This document shows positions 30,408-38,709 of a stretch of DNA of 38,805 nt, piece by piece. The stretch is from positions 1 to 38,805 of the forward strand of contig JAPOXB010000054.1 in NCBI GenBank assembly GCA_026707335.1, given 5' to 3'. The notes below the pieces were generated by a model. The model did not search any database. It was given only the letters and a program-made list of their open reading frames with translations, and was not told where the DNA came from. How positions within the stretch are numbered: the first letter of the stretch is position 1; each line of letters opens with the position of its first letter. Both the position numbers and the translations under genes were made by a program. Source of the DNA: Chloroflexota bacterium (GTDB lineage Bacteria > Chloroflexota > Dehalococcoidia > Bin125).

Positions 30408-30684
30408 CGCGGCGGGCCGGGTTCTCCACCGGCGAATCCACGCCCGCGCCCCCCTGCAGATTGACGATAAACTCCACCTCGTCGCCGTCGTGCAGCGTGC
30501 GGTCGGATTCGGACTGCTCGTTGTTGACGATGGCCGCGATGGCCTCCGCGTCCTGCTCGCTGAAGCCCTCCGCCGCGACGATGTCCGCCACGGTCATCCC
30601 CTCGCGCCATTCCACGTCGAAGCTCGGCTGCTTCGTCTTCGACAGCGCCACCAGCGTCGTAAACATGCGCACGTGTACCGGCAC
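30382..30684 (-). CDS. ThiS/MoaD-like ubiquitin-fold protein with a C-terminal extension after GG
   Basis: GGAGGAGG RBS plus GTG start; VHVRMFTTL, GMTVADI, IVN, LHDGDEVEFIVNLQGG. Confidence 0.85.
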   Translation of the reverse strand: MPVHVRMFTTLVALSKTKQPSFDVEWREGMTVADIVAAEGFSEQDAEAIAAIVNNEQSESDRTLHDGDEVEFIVNLQGGAGVDSPVENPARRVDTPSGGP

Positions 30685-30708
30685 GATGGTCCTCCTCCCG
30701 CCGAGATA

Positions 30709-31653
30709 CTAGCCGCCCGCCGGCCCCGGCGGTGTTCCCGCCGCCGGCGCCGCCAGGGCCGCCTCGGCCCGCAGCGCCGACTCCAGCGACCGCGCCCCCG
30801 CCTCCCGGCCGCCGCCGACCACGTCGCCGCCGCCGGGGAAGGGGAACAGCGTCGCGAAGCGGGAGAGGGCGAGCGCCAGCGCCGCCGCCGCCTCGGCGAG
30901 GGGCGCCGCCTCCGCGACCCCCTCCGCCGCCGCCTGCCGGAAGAAGCGCGCCGCCTCGCCCGACGCGGCCGCCAGCGCCTGCGCGGCCCGCGCGTGGCCG
31001 GTCGCGTCGATCTCGACCTGCGACCGCAGGAGCGTCACCCAGTCGCGCAGCCGCTCGGCGCGGTCGGCGTCGCGCTGGTGCGTCGCCGCGCGCCGCACGA
31101 GCGTGGCCGTGTCCGCGGGGCCCTTCGCCATCGCCGCCTCGGAAATGACGACCGCCAGCCAGTCCGCGCCGGGCGCCGGCAGCCGGTCGGCCCGCAGCCA
31201 GCCGCCGACCTCCTCGCTCAGCGGCCCATCGACCCGGTAGGCGCGGCGCGCGCCGTCGTAGGCCACCAGCAGGCCGAAGTCGCCGCCCGCCACGCCCGAG
31301 GCCGCCGCCGCGCGTCCGTCGGCCAGGGCGCGGCGCAGCCGCCAGCCCAGCCGCCGTCCCAGCAGCAGCGAACGGCCCGATCGCAGATCCCACACGTCGA
31401 CGCGGGCGCGCAGGCCCAGCAGCGCCAGGTCGCCGGCGAGGGTGGAGAGGTCGCGGGGAGAGTCCGCGCCGGCCGCGAAGGCCGGACCCCCGGTTGCGGC
31501 CGGCGGCCACGGCAGGCGGAACGCCTCGCCGCTGACGGCGCCGACGCGCGCCGCGTCGTGCGGCAGCCCGGCCGCGCGCAGCAGTCCCTGCAGGCACCCC
31601 AGCAAGGGATTCCAGTTGTATTCGTAGCGGGCGGGCGGCGCGTCGGGCTGCAC
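30709..31653 (-). CDS. Hypothetical protein (possible BtrH-N/papain-like fold)
   Basis: Long ORF filling the gap between neighbours with host-like codon usage; motifs LGCL, VSGEAFRL, FGLLVAYD, LFPFP. Confidence 0.65.
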   Translation of the reverse strand: MQPDAPPARYEYNWNPLLGCLQGLLRAAGLPHDAARVGAVSGEAFRLPWPPAATGGPAFAAGADSPRDLSTLAGDLALLGLRARVDVWDLRSGRSLLLGRRLGWRLRRALADGRAAAASGVAGGDFGLLVAYDGARRAYRVDGPLSEEVGGWLRADRLPAPGADWLAVVISEAAMAKGPADTATLVRRAATHQRDADRAERLRDWVTLLRSQVEIDATGHARAAQALAAASGEAARFFRQAAAEGVAEAAPLAEAAAALALALSRFATLFPFPGGGDVVGGGREAGARSLESALRAEAALAAPAAGTPPGPAGG

Positions 31654-31724
31654 CCGAGAAGCGTAGCCAGCCCGTGCTAGCCTGCCGACCGTCGGCCCAC
31701 GGGCCGTGGGGAGGTCCGGGGCCG

Positions 31725-33029
<1,305 letters not shown>

Positions 33030-33060
33030 GCCCGCGCGGGCGTGCCGGGGAAGGAACGTG

Positions 33061-33738
33061 ATGGACGACGTGCGCTCCCTGCTCCTCGTCCCCGCCGACC
33101 CCGACGGCCTGCCGGACCTCGGTTCGGATCTCCCCGACGCGACCCTCGTCGACCTCATGCACACCGACGCGGGCGGCCACGACGCGGCCGTCGCCGCCAT
33201 CGCGACGCTGCGCGCCGCCGGTCATCGGGTCTACCTGCACACCCGCGGCCCGCAGTCGCCCGACCTGCGCGACGAACTGCTCGCGACCCTGCGCGACGGC
33301 GTCTACGGCGTGTCGCTGCCCGGCGTCGTGCACACCGATCAGTTGCGCTTCGCCGACTCGCTGCTGGAGGACGTCGAGGGGCGCGCCGGGATCGAGCCCG
33401 GCCTCACCGCGCTGGGCCTCTGGATCGAGAACGCCGCCGCGCTGGGCCGGGCCGGCGCGCTGGCCGCCGCGAGCAGTCGCCTGACGTGGCTGGGCGTCGC
33501 GACGGCCCCGCTGGCGATGGAGCTGGCGGTGGACGCGCCCGCCCCCGCCCTGCTCGACCACGCCCGCGCGGCCGTCGTCTTCGCCGCGCGGGCGTCGGGC
33601 CTGCCCGCCGTCGAGGGCCTCCCCCTGCCCGCCCTCCCCCCGCACGACGCCGCCCTGCGCGCGCACGGCCTGCGCGGCCGGCTCACGCGCCATCCATCGG
33701 AGGTGGCGGGGCTCAACGCCGCCTTCCCGTCGGGGTGA
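33061..33738 (+). CDS. Degenerate HpcH/HpaI-CitE aldolase/lyase-family protein
   Basis: RSLLLVPA, LVDL, LPGV, WIENAAAL, ARAAVVFAARASGL, HPSEVA.LNAAF; collinear with the downstream CitE but shorter and lacking key residues. Confidence 0.75.
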   Translation: MDDVRSLLLVPADPDGLPDLGSDLPDATLVDLMHTDAGGHDAAVAAIATLRAAGHRVYLHTRGPQSPDLRDELLATLRDGVYGVSLPGVVHTDQLRFADSLLEDVEGRAGIEPGLTALGLWIENAAALGRAGALAAASSRLTWLGVATAPLAMELAVDAPAPALLDHARAAVVFAARASGLPAVEGLPLPALPPHDAALRAHGLRGRLTRHPSEVAGLNAAFPSG

Positions 33739-33810
33739 GGGGAGTCCGCCCTGACGCACGCCATTCGATCCGGGGCGCTCATAAGAACCCTTCCTGGGTA
33801 GTCGGGTCGA

Positions 33811-33819
33811 TGCGACAAT
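33811..33819 (+). promoter_or_regulatory. Putative extended -10 promoter for a leaderless DUF3800 transcript
   Basis: TG-C-GACAAT 6 nt before the in-frame GTG at 33826. Confidence 0.4.
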
Positions 33820-34035
33820 TGCGGGGTGACTCCAACCGAGGCGCGCTCCGACGATGATCTCACCGCCAGCATCGAACCCTGACGCCTCAGACAGCGCATT
33901 GAGCATCTTGAGGTCGCCGCGGCGTACCTCGATCTCGCTCAGCATCACCACCGCCAAGCGTCCCCGGATGACAAGGGCCGGCTCGCGGCAGCCGTCAACG
34001 ATGCGCGGAGCGAACTAAGTTCACTGAACCAAGAA

Positions 34036-34890
34036 GTGAGGGGCCCCATCTGGCCGCGCCGCCGGGCGTCAGGCGCCGGCACCAAGGACCCGGAGAAGGA
34101 GTGCCTCGTCTTCATCGATGAGTGTGGGTCGCACACAGTCAACGTCCGCAGGGGGGAATTCGGCGCCTTCTGCTTGGCGGCAGTCCTGGTCGCGGCCGAG
34201 GCGTACGGTGCGTTCTGCGACCGCTGGAATCGTTGGAAGGAAGCCACCTGGGGATCTAGTCGCGTCGAGACTCACGAGCCTGATGTTCGACGTCGGAATG
34301 GGCGATTCTGGTGCGGCGGCGATCGGACCGAGCAGGCGCAGTTGGTAGAGAGTCTCGGCCGCGAACTCGCGGCGCTTGAGTTCACAGGGATCGTCGTCGT
34401 CGTTCGGCGAGACGCCTACGCGAGCGAATTCGGACAGGACTCAATGGACACGAGCCTGCCGAGCCACGTCTACCTGGTGGCGCTCGATTTCCTCTGCGAG
34501 CGGATCGCGTTGGCTCTGCAGACAGAATTTGCGGGTGCCCGCGGTCGTCTCATCGCAGAATCGCGAGGCCCGAAAGAGGACGCACAACTCCAGCAGGAGT
34601 TCGTCAGGCTCCACATCGACGGGACTTCGTACATCCACCCCAGTTGGATCCGGCGACAGATGTTCCCGGGAATCCTCTTCCACCGGAAGCAGGACTACAT
34701 CCCAGGCCTTGAAGTGGCGGACCTGCTCGCTCGGCCGTGCGGTGAGAAGGTTCTCGACCCGAAGTCCGATCCAGAGCGCTGGGCAGAGTTGTCCCCCAAG
34801 CTGTGCAGTCGCCGGGAGACGGCGCACAGCCCCCTTGGGCTGAAGATCGTTCCTTGGGACGATGATTTCGAGGGCCTGATTAAAAGCTAA
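34036..34890 (+). CDS. DUF3800-family protein (copy 1); true start may be GTG 33826 with an internal TGA at 33880
   Basis: LVFIDECG N-terminal acidic motif, H..DVRR, IAESRG..ED, GLEVADLLARP; visibly more A/T-ending codons than flanking genes. Confidence 0.85.
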   Translation: MRGPIWPRRRASGAGTKDPEKECLVFIDECGSHTVNVRRGEFGAFCLAAVLVAAEAYGAFCDRWNRWKEATWGSSRVETHEPDVRRRNGRFWCGGDRTEQAQLVESLGRELAALEFTGIVVVVRRDAYASEFGQDSMDTSLPSHVYLVALDFLCERIALALQTEFAGARGRLIAESRGPKEDAQLQQEFVRLHIDGTSYIHPSWIRRQMFPGILFHRKQDYIPGLEVADLLARPCGEKVLDPKSDPERWAELSPKLCSRRETAHSPLGLKIVPWDDDFEGLIKS

Positions 34891-34949
34891 AGGGGCAGTC
34901 CCTCGCAGGACCCCCCCTTTCGCCGACCGGGCGATGCCCAGCCCACTTG
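34882..34949 (-). ncRNA. Candidate DUF3800-associated small RNA 1, convergent with the gene's 3' end
   Basis: Minus strand GGCUGGGC-AUC-GCCCGGUC stem (two G-U pairs), then AAAGGGG..GUCC-U(GCGA)G-GGAC..CCCCUUU and a UUUU tail; own promoter upstream. Confidence 0.7.
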
Positions 34950-34954
34950 AGGGC

Positions 34955-34983
34955 ATCCTACCACAATCTCGGGGCCTCGGGAA
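34955..34983 (-). promoter_or_regulatory. Promoter for candidate sRNA 1
   Basis: Minus strand TTCCCG-17 nt-TAGGAT with TG extension (TGTGGTAGGAT). Confidence 0.6.
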
Positions 34984-35126
34984 CATGGTCCAGGACGCAG
35001 AAACGGCGTCCTCACGGCGCGACACTAAGGATGAACGTCCTTGAGTGAACCGCTTCACTCAGAACATGCTTCTTTCCCCACCCGACACTCACTATCGCCC
35101 GGACAACGTCTAGTTGAGGCCCCAGA
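34967..35126 (+). other. Multi-hairpin structured intergenic element (candidate ncRNA or miniature inverted-repeat element)
   Basis: Closing stem GGGGCCTCGG(34971-80)/TTGAGGCCCC(35114-23); inner hairpins AGGACGC/GCGTCCT, AAGGAT/GTCCTT and TGAGTGAA/TTCACTCA. Confidence 0.45.
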
Positions 35127-35217
35127 ACGTCGAGTTTCGCTGCATCAGACCCGACGAGGCTCCAGCCGACGCCTGCCCGGAGGCCCGCACGCCGCCCGAC
35201 CGCTATCCTGCCGCCCC

Positions 35218-36114
35218 ATGACCGCACCCATCCTGCGCAGCATGCTCTCGGTGCCCGGCAACCAGCAGCGCTTCATCGACAAGGCGCTGAACGTCCCGGC
35301 CGACATCCTCTGCTTCGACCTGGAGGACTCCGTCGCCTGGGACGACAAGCCCGCCGCCCGCGACACCGTGGCCGCCGCGCTGCCCCGCTTCGAGGCCCGC
35401 GGCCGGCTGCTCTGCGTGCGCATCAACGGCCTCGACACCGGCCTCGCCGAGCACGACCTGGCGGCGATCGTGGGGCCCAGCCTGGACGTCGTGAACCTGC
35501 CCAAGGTGATCGACGCGGGCACGATCCGGCAGGTCGACCACTACCTCACGCTGCTGGAGCGCACCCGCGGGCTGGAGCCGGGCGGTATCCGCCTGATCCC
35601 CTGGATCGAGACCGCCGCGGCGGTGGTCCACGCCTACGAAATCTGCGCCGCCTCGCCGCGCATCCTCGGCGTCACCTTCGGCGCCGACGACTACGCGACC
35701 GACAGCGGCGTCGTGCGCACGCCGGAGGCCGCCGAACTCAACTACCCGCGCGCCGTCACCAGCAACGCCGCGGCGGCGGCCGGCGTCGTGCCCATCGACA
35801 CGCCCACGACGGAGTTCCGCGACCTAGCCAAGTTCGAGCGCGACCTCACCGCCGCCCGCCACCTGGGCTACCGCGGCAAGTTCTGCATCCACCCCACGCA
35901 GGTGGAGATCGCCAATCGCGTTTTCGCGCCCAGCGACGACGAGCTGGCCTGGGCGCGGCGGATCATCGACGCCTACGAGGCCGGCAAGGCCGAGGGACGC
36001 GGCGCCATCGCCCTGGACGGCGAGATGATCGACGACCCGCTCGTCGACCGCGCGCACCAACTGCTTGACTGGACGCAGCGCGTCGCCGCGCGCGACGCTC
36101 AGCTGGGCCGCTAG
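35218..36114 (+). CDS. citE: CitE/malyl-CoA/citramalyl-CoA lyase-family CoA-ester lyase
   Basis: LRSMLSVPGN, FDLEDSVA..DKPAAR, VRING, LPKV, IET, FGADDY, GKFCIHPTQV, LDGEMID; TATCCT 8 nt upstream suggests a leaderless start. Confidence 0.92.
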   Translation: MTAPILRSMLSVPGNQQRFIDKALNVPADILCFDLEDSVAWDDKPAARDTVAAALPRFEARGRLLCVRINGLDTGLAEHDLAAIVGPSLDVVNLPKVIDAGTIRQVDHYLTLLERTRGLEPGGIRLIPWIETAAAVVHAYEICAASPRILGVTFGADDYATDSGVVRTPEAAELNYPRAVTSNAAAAAGVVPIDTPTTEFRDLAKFERDLTAARHLGYRGKFCIHPTQVEIANRVFAPSDDELAWARRIIDAYEAGKAEGRGAIALDGEMIDDPLVDRAHQLLDWTQRVAARDAQLGR

Positions 36115-36140
36115 GCGGCCCGGCCGACCCACCCGAGAGG

Positions 36141-37337
36141 ATGCCCGCGATGCCTTCAGCGAGCGACGTGCGCGAGATCATCGCCGGCGACGGCGAGGTC
36201 GGCGCCGACATCGTGCGGACGGTGCGCCGCTGGGTCGATGAGCAGGTCATCCCCAGCGCCGCCGCGCTCGAGCACGCCGGCGCGTTCCCCGCCCAGTTGC
36301 ACCGCGACATGGTGGACATGGGGCTCTACTCGATCACCTTCTCGCCCGACTACGGCGGTCTGGGCCTCTCCTACGAGACCTACTCGGCCGTGATCGAGGA
36401 GATCTGCCGGGGCTGGATGGGCCTGGGCGGGATCATCAACGGCAACAGCATCGACGGCTACGCCCTGGAGTCGTGGGGGACGGAGGAGCAGAAGCAGCGC
36501 TTCCTGCCCGGCCTGGCCAGCGGCGAGGTGCAGGCGGCCTTCAGCATCACCGAGCCGAACGCCGGCACCGACGCGCAGGCCATCCGCACCACCGCCGTCC
36601 GGGACGGCGACGACTACGTCGTCAACGGCAACAAGCTCTTCGTCACCAACGGCGACCGGGCCGGCGTCTTCCTGACGATGGTGAAGACGGACCCCGACGC
36701 CCAGCCGCGCCACCGGGGCATCAGCGCCCTGCTCGTCGAGCGGGACACGCCGGGCTTCAGCACCGGCCGCCTGATCGACAAGCTGGGCTACAAGGGCCCC
36801 GGCACGACGGAGCTGTTCTTCGAGGACGCGCGCGTGCCGGCACGCAACCTGCTGGGCGGCGTCGAGGGACGCGGCTTCAAGCAGATGATCGGCGCGCTCG
36901 AGATCGGGCGGATCAACGTCGCCTCGCGGGCGGTGGGGGTCTCGCAGGCCGCCTTCGACGATTCGATCCGCTACGCCCAGCAGCGCGAAACGATGGGCGT
37001 GCCCATCGCCCGGCACCAGGCGATCCAGCTCAAGCTGGCCGACATGGCGACCAAGATCCGCGCCGCCCGGCTGCTCACCCGCGACGCCGCCCGCAAGAAG
37101 GACAGCGGCGCCCGCGCCGACCTCGACGTGGGCATGGCCAAGCTCTTCGCGACCGAGGTGGCGCTGGAGTGCACCATGGAGGCGATGCGCGTCCACGGCG
37201 GCATCGGCTACACGACCGAACTCTCGGTGGAGCGCTACTACCGCGACGCGCCGCTGATGGCCGTGGCGGAGGGGACCAACGAGATCCAGCGCATCGTCAT
37301 CGCGCGGCGGCTGCTGGAGTTGTACGAGATCGACTAG
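36141..37337 (+). CDS. Acyl-CoA dehydrogenase
   Basis: YGGLGL, FSITEPNAGTDA, NGNKLFVTNG, KLGYKG, GRINVA, KLFATE, VHGGIGY, ERYYRDA, EGTNEIQR. Confidence 0.96.
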   Translation: MPAMPSASDVREIIAGDGEVGADIVRTVRRWVDEQVIPSAAALEHAGAFPAQLHRDMVDMGLYSITFSPDYGGLGLSYETYSAVIEEICRGWMGLGGIINGNSIDGYALESWGTEEQKQRFLPGLASGEVQAAFSITEPNAGTDAQAIRTTAVRDGDDYVVNGNKLFVTNGDRAGVFLTMVKTDPDAQPRHRGISALLVERDTPGFSTGRLIDKLGYKGPGTTELFFEDARVPARNLLGGVEGRGFKQMIGALEIGRINVASRAVGVSQAAFDDSIRYAQQRETMGVPIARHQAIQLKLADMATKIRAARLLTRDAARKKDSGARADLDVGMAKLFATEVALECTMEAMRVHGGIGYTTELSVERYYRDAPLMAVAEGTNEIQRIVIARRLLELYEID

Positions 37338-37384
37338 AGGGCCGCGCCGGGCGACGGCCGGGCGCGCCGCCGGGGAGGGACGCC

Positions 37385-37858
37385 ATGCCGACCAAGGAGG
37401 GCTTCGGCCGCTACCTGGAGGACTTCCGCGTGGGCGAACTGATCGAGCACTGGCCGGGCCGCACCATCACCGAGGCCGACGATGTGCTCTTCTGCATGCT
37501 GACGATGAACCACCACCCGCTGCACTCCGACGCGAAGTACGCCGCCGACACGCAGTTCGGGCAGCGCATCGTCGCCGGGCCGCTGGTCTACAGCCTCGTC
37601 TTCGGCATGACGGTGCCCGTCGTCAGCGGCAAGGCGATCGCCAACCTGGCGACGTCGGAGATGCGCCATCTGGCGCCCGTCTTCCACGGCGACACGCTCT
37701 ACGCCCGCACGGAGGTGCTCGCCGTGCGGGACTCGAAGAGCCAGCCCGACCGCGGCATCGTCACCGTCAAGACCGAGGGCGTCAACCAGAAGGGCGCCGT
37801 GGTCCTGGAGTTCCAGCGCGCCGTCATGCTGCCCAAGCGGTCGGCGGCGGCGGAGTAG
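37385..37858 (+). CDS. MaoC-family (hot-dog fold) enoyl-CoA hydratase
   Basis: GRYLEDFRVG, HWPGRTITEAD, TMNHHPLHSD, PVFHGDTLYA, RGIVTV; GGAGG RBS. Confidence 0.93.
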   Translation: MPTKEGFGRYLEDFRVGELIEHWPGRTITEADDVLFCMLTMNHHPLHSDAKYAADTQFGQRIVAGPLVYSLVFGMTVPVVSGKAIANLATSEMRHLAPVFHGDTLYARTEVLAVRDSKSQPDRGIVTVKTEGVNQKGAVVLEFQRAVMLPKRSAAAE

Positions 37859-37894
37859 TCCGTCACCCCAACGCGGGCCCGACTCGGTGGTGCT

Positions 37895-38530
37895 ATGGGA
37901 CGTGTCTACATCTACGGAGACGAGTCGGGCGACTTCCGCTTCGATCAGGACCCCTCCGCGTCGACCTACTTCCTGGTGGCGACAGTTACGACGCGGACGA
38001 ACGCGGTTGCTCACGCGCTACTCGACCTTCAGCAGGACCTGCTGCACGAGGGCTTCCCGGTCGGGGCCGGCTTTCATGCCTACAACGATGACCACCCTGT
38101 TCGAACGAGGGTCTTCGAGACCCTCGCGCGCCACGACTTCCGCATTGACGCCACGATTCTCAGGAAAGATCGTGCTCACGAACACATTCGCGGCGACAAC
38201 CTTCGTTTGTGGAAGCTGACTTGGTACTTCCACCTGAACTTCCTCGTGCCACGGGCGCAGCGCGGCTCCGATTCGCTGCTCGTGTCAGCGGCGGCGCTGA
38301 GCACGAAGATGTCGAGGAAGGACGCGCGCGCCGCAATCGAAGACATCGTGGCGCAAGTCCGGGTGGGTCCGGCCGTCGCCGCACTGCCCCCGGCTTCGTC
38401 GAGTTATGGCCTGCAGGCCGCCGACTATTGCGCCTGGGCGATCCAGCGGAAGTGGCAGAGCGAGAAGGACGACTACTACCGGCTGATCAAGTCGAAGATC
38501 AAGAGCGAGTTCGCGATGTTTGGGAAGTAG
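37895..38530 (+). CDS. DUF3800-family protein (copy 2)
   Basis: YIYGDESGD, YFLVA, FHA, GLQAADYCAWAIQRKW; atypical codon usage. Confidence 0.88.
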   Translation: MGRVYIYGDESGDFRFDQDPSASTYFLVATVTTRTNAVAHALLDLQQDLLHEGFPVGAGFHAYNDDHPVRTRVFETLARHDFRIDATILRKDRAHEHIRGDNLRLWKLTWYFHLNFLVPRAQRGSDSLLVSAAALSTKMSRKDARAAIEDIVAQVRVGPAVAALPPASSSYGLQAADYCAWAIQRKWQSEKDDYYRLIKSKIKSEFAMFGK

Positions 38531-38594
38531 GCGGAGCGGCTATCCCTAGGGGAAGGGCACCCATGGCACCCGTTTCGCCGCCCCTGTTCAACCA
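38525..38594 (-). ncRNA. Candidate DUF3800-associated small RNA 2, convergent with the gene's 3' end
   Basis: Minus strand GGGGCGGC/GCCGCUCC closing stem (a G-U pair that is an A-C mismatch on plus) enclosing GAAAC, GGG..CCC and UCCC-CUA-GGGA hairpins; own promoter. Confidence 0.65.
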
Positions 38595-38599
38595 TCCTC

Positions 38600-38628
38600 A
38601 GTTTGACATGGTGGAGATGTCCTGTCGA
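38600..38628 (-). promoter_or_regulatory. Promoter for candidate sRNA 2
   Basis: Minus strand TCGACA-17 nt-CAAACT with TG extension. Confidence 0.6.
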
Positions 38629-38709
38629 CCTACTGCGCGGCACTCGCCGCCGCGACGGCCTCCGCGATCGCCCGGTCGGCCCAGCCCCGCACCTCCGGCG
38701 CGCCCGCCG

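Noticed and set aside
33880-33915. Selenocysteine recoding of the in-frame TGA
   Set aside because: Not a redox or Cys-type context and only a weak downstream stem; no recognisable bacterial SECIS
34891-35217. CRISPR array, tRNA, tmRNA or riboswitch in the DUF3800-citE intergenic region
   Set aside because: No equal-length repeat-spacer units, no cloverleaf or T-loop, no recognisable riboswitch consensus, and no cas genes in the window
35041-35217. N-terminal extension of CitE from TTG 35041
   Set aside because: No family similarity and it overlaps the hairpin element; ATG 35218 matches the family start and follows a -10 box
38550-38605. Hammerhead-like CUGAGGA...GAAAC on the minus strand of sRNA 2
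   Set aside because: Stems I-III cannot form in the required register, and CUGAGGA overlaps the predicted -10/start-site region
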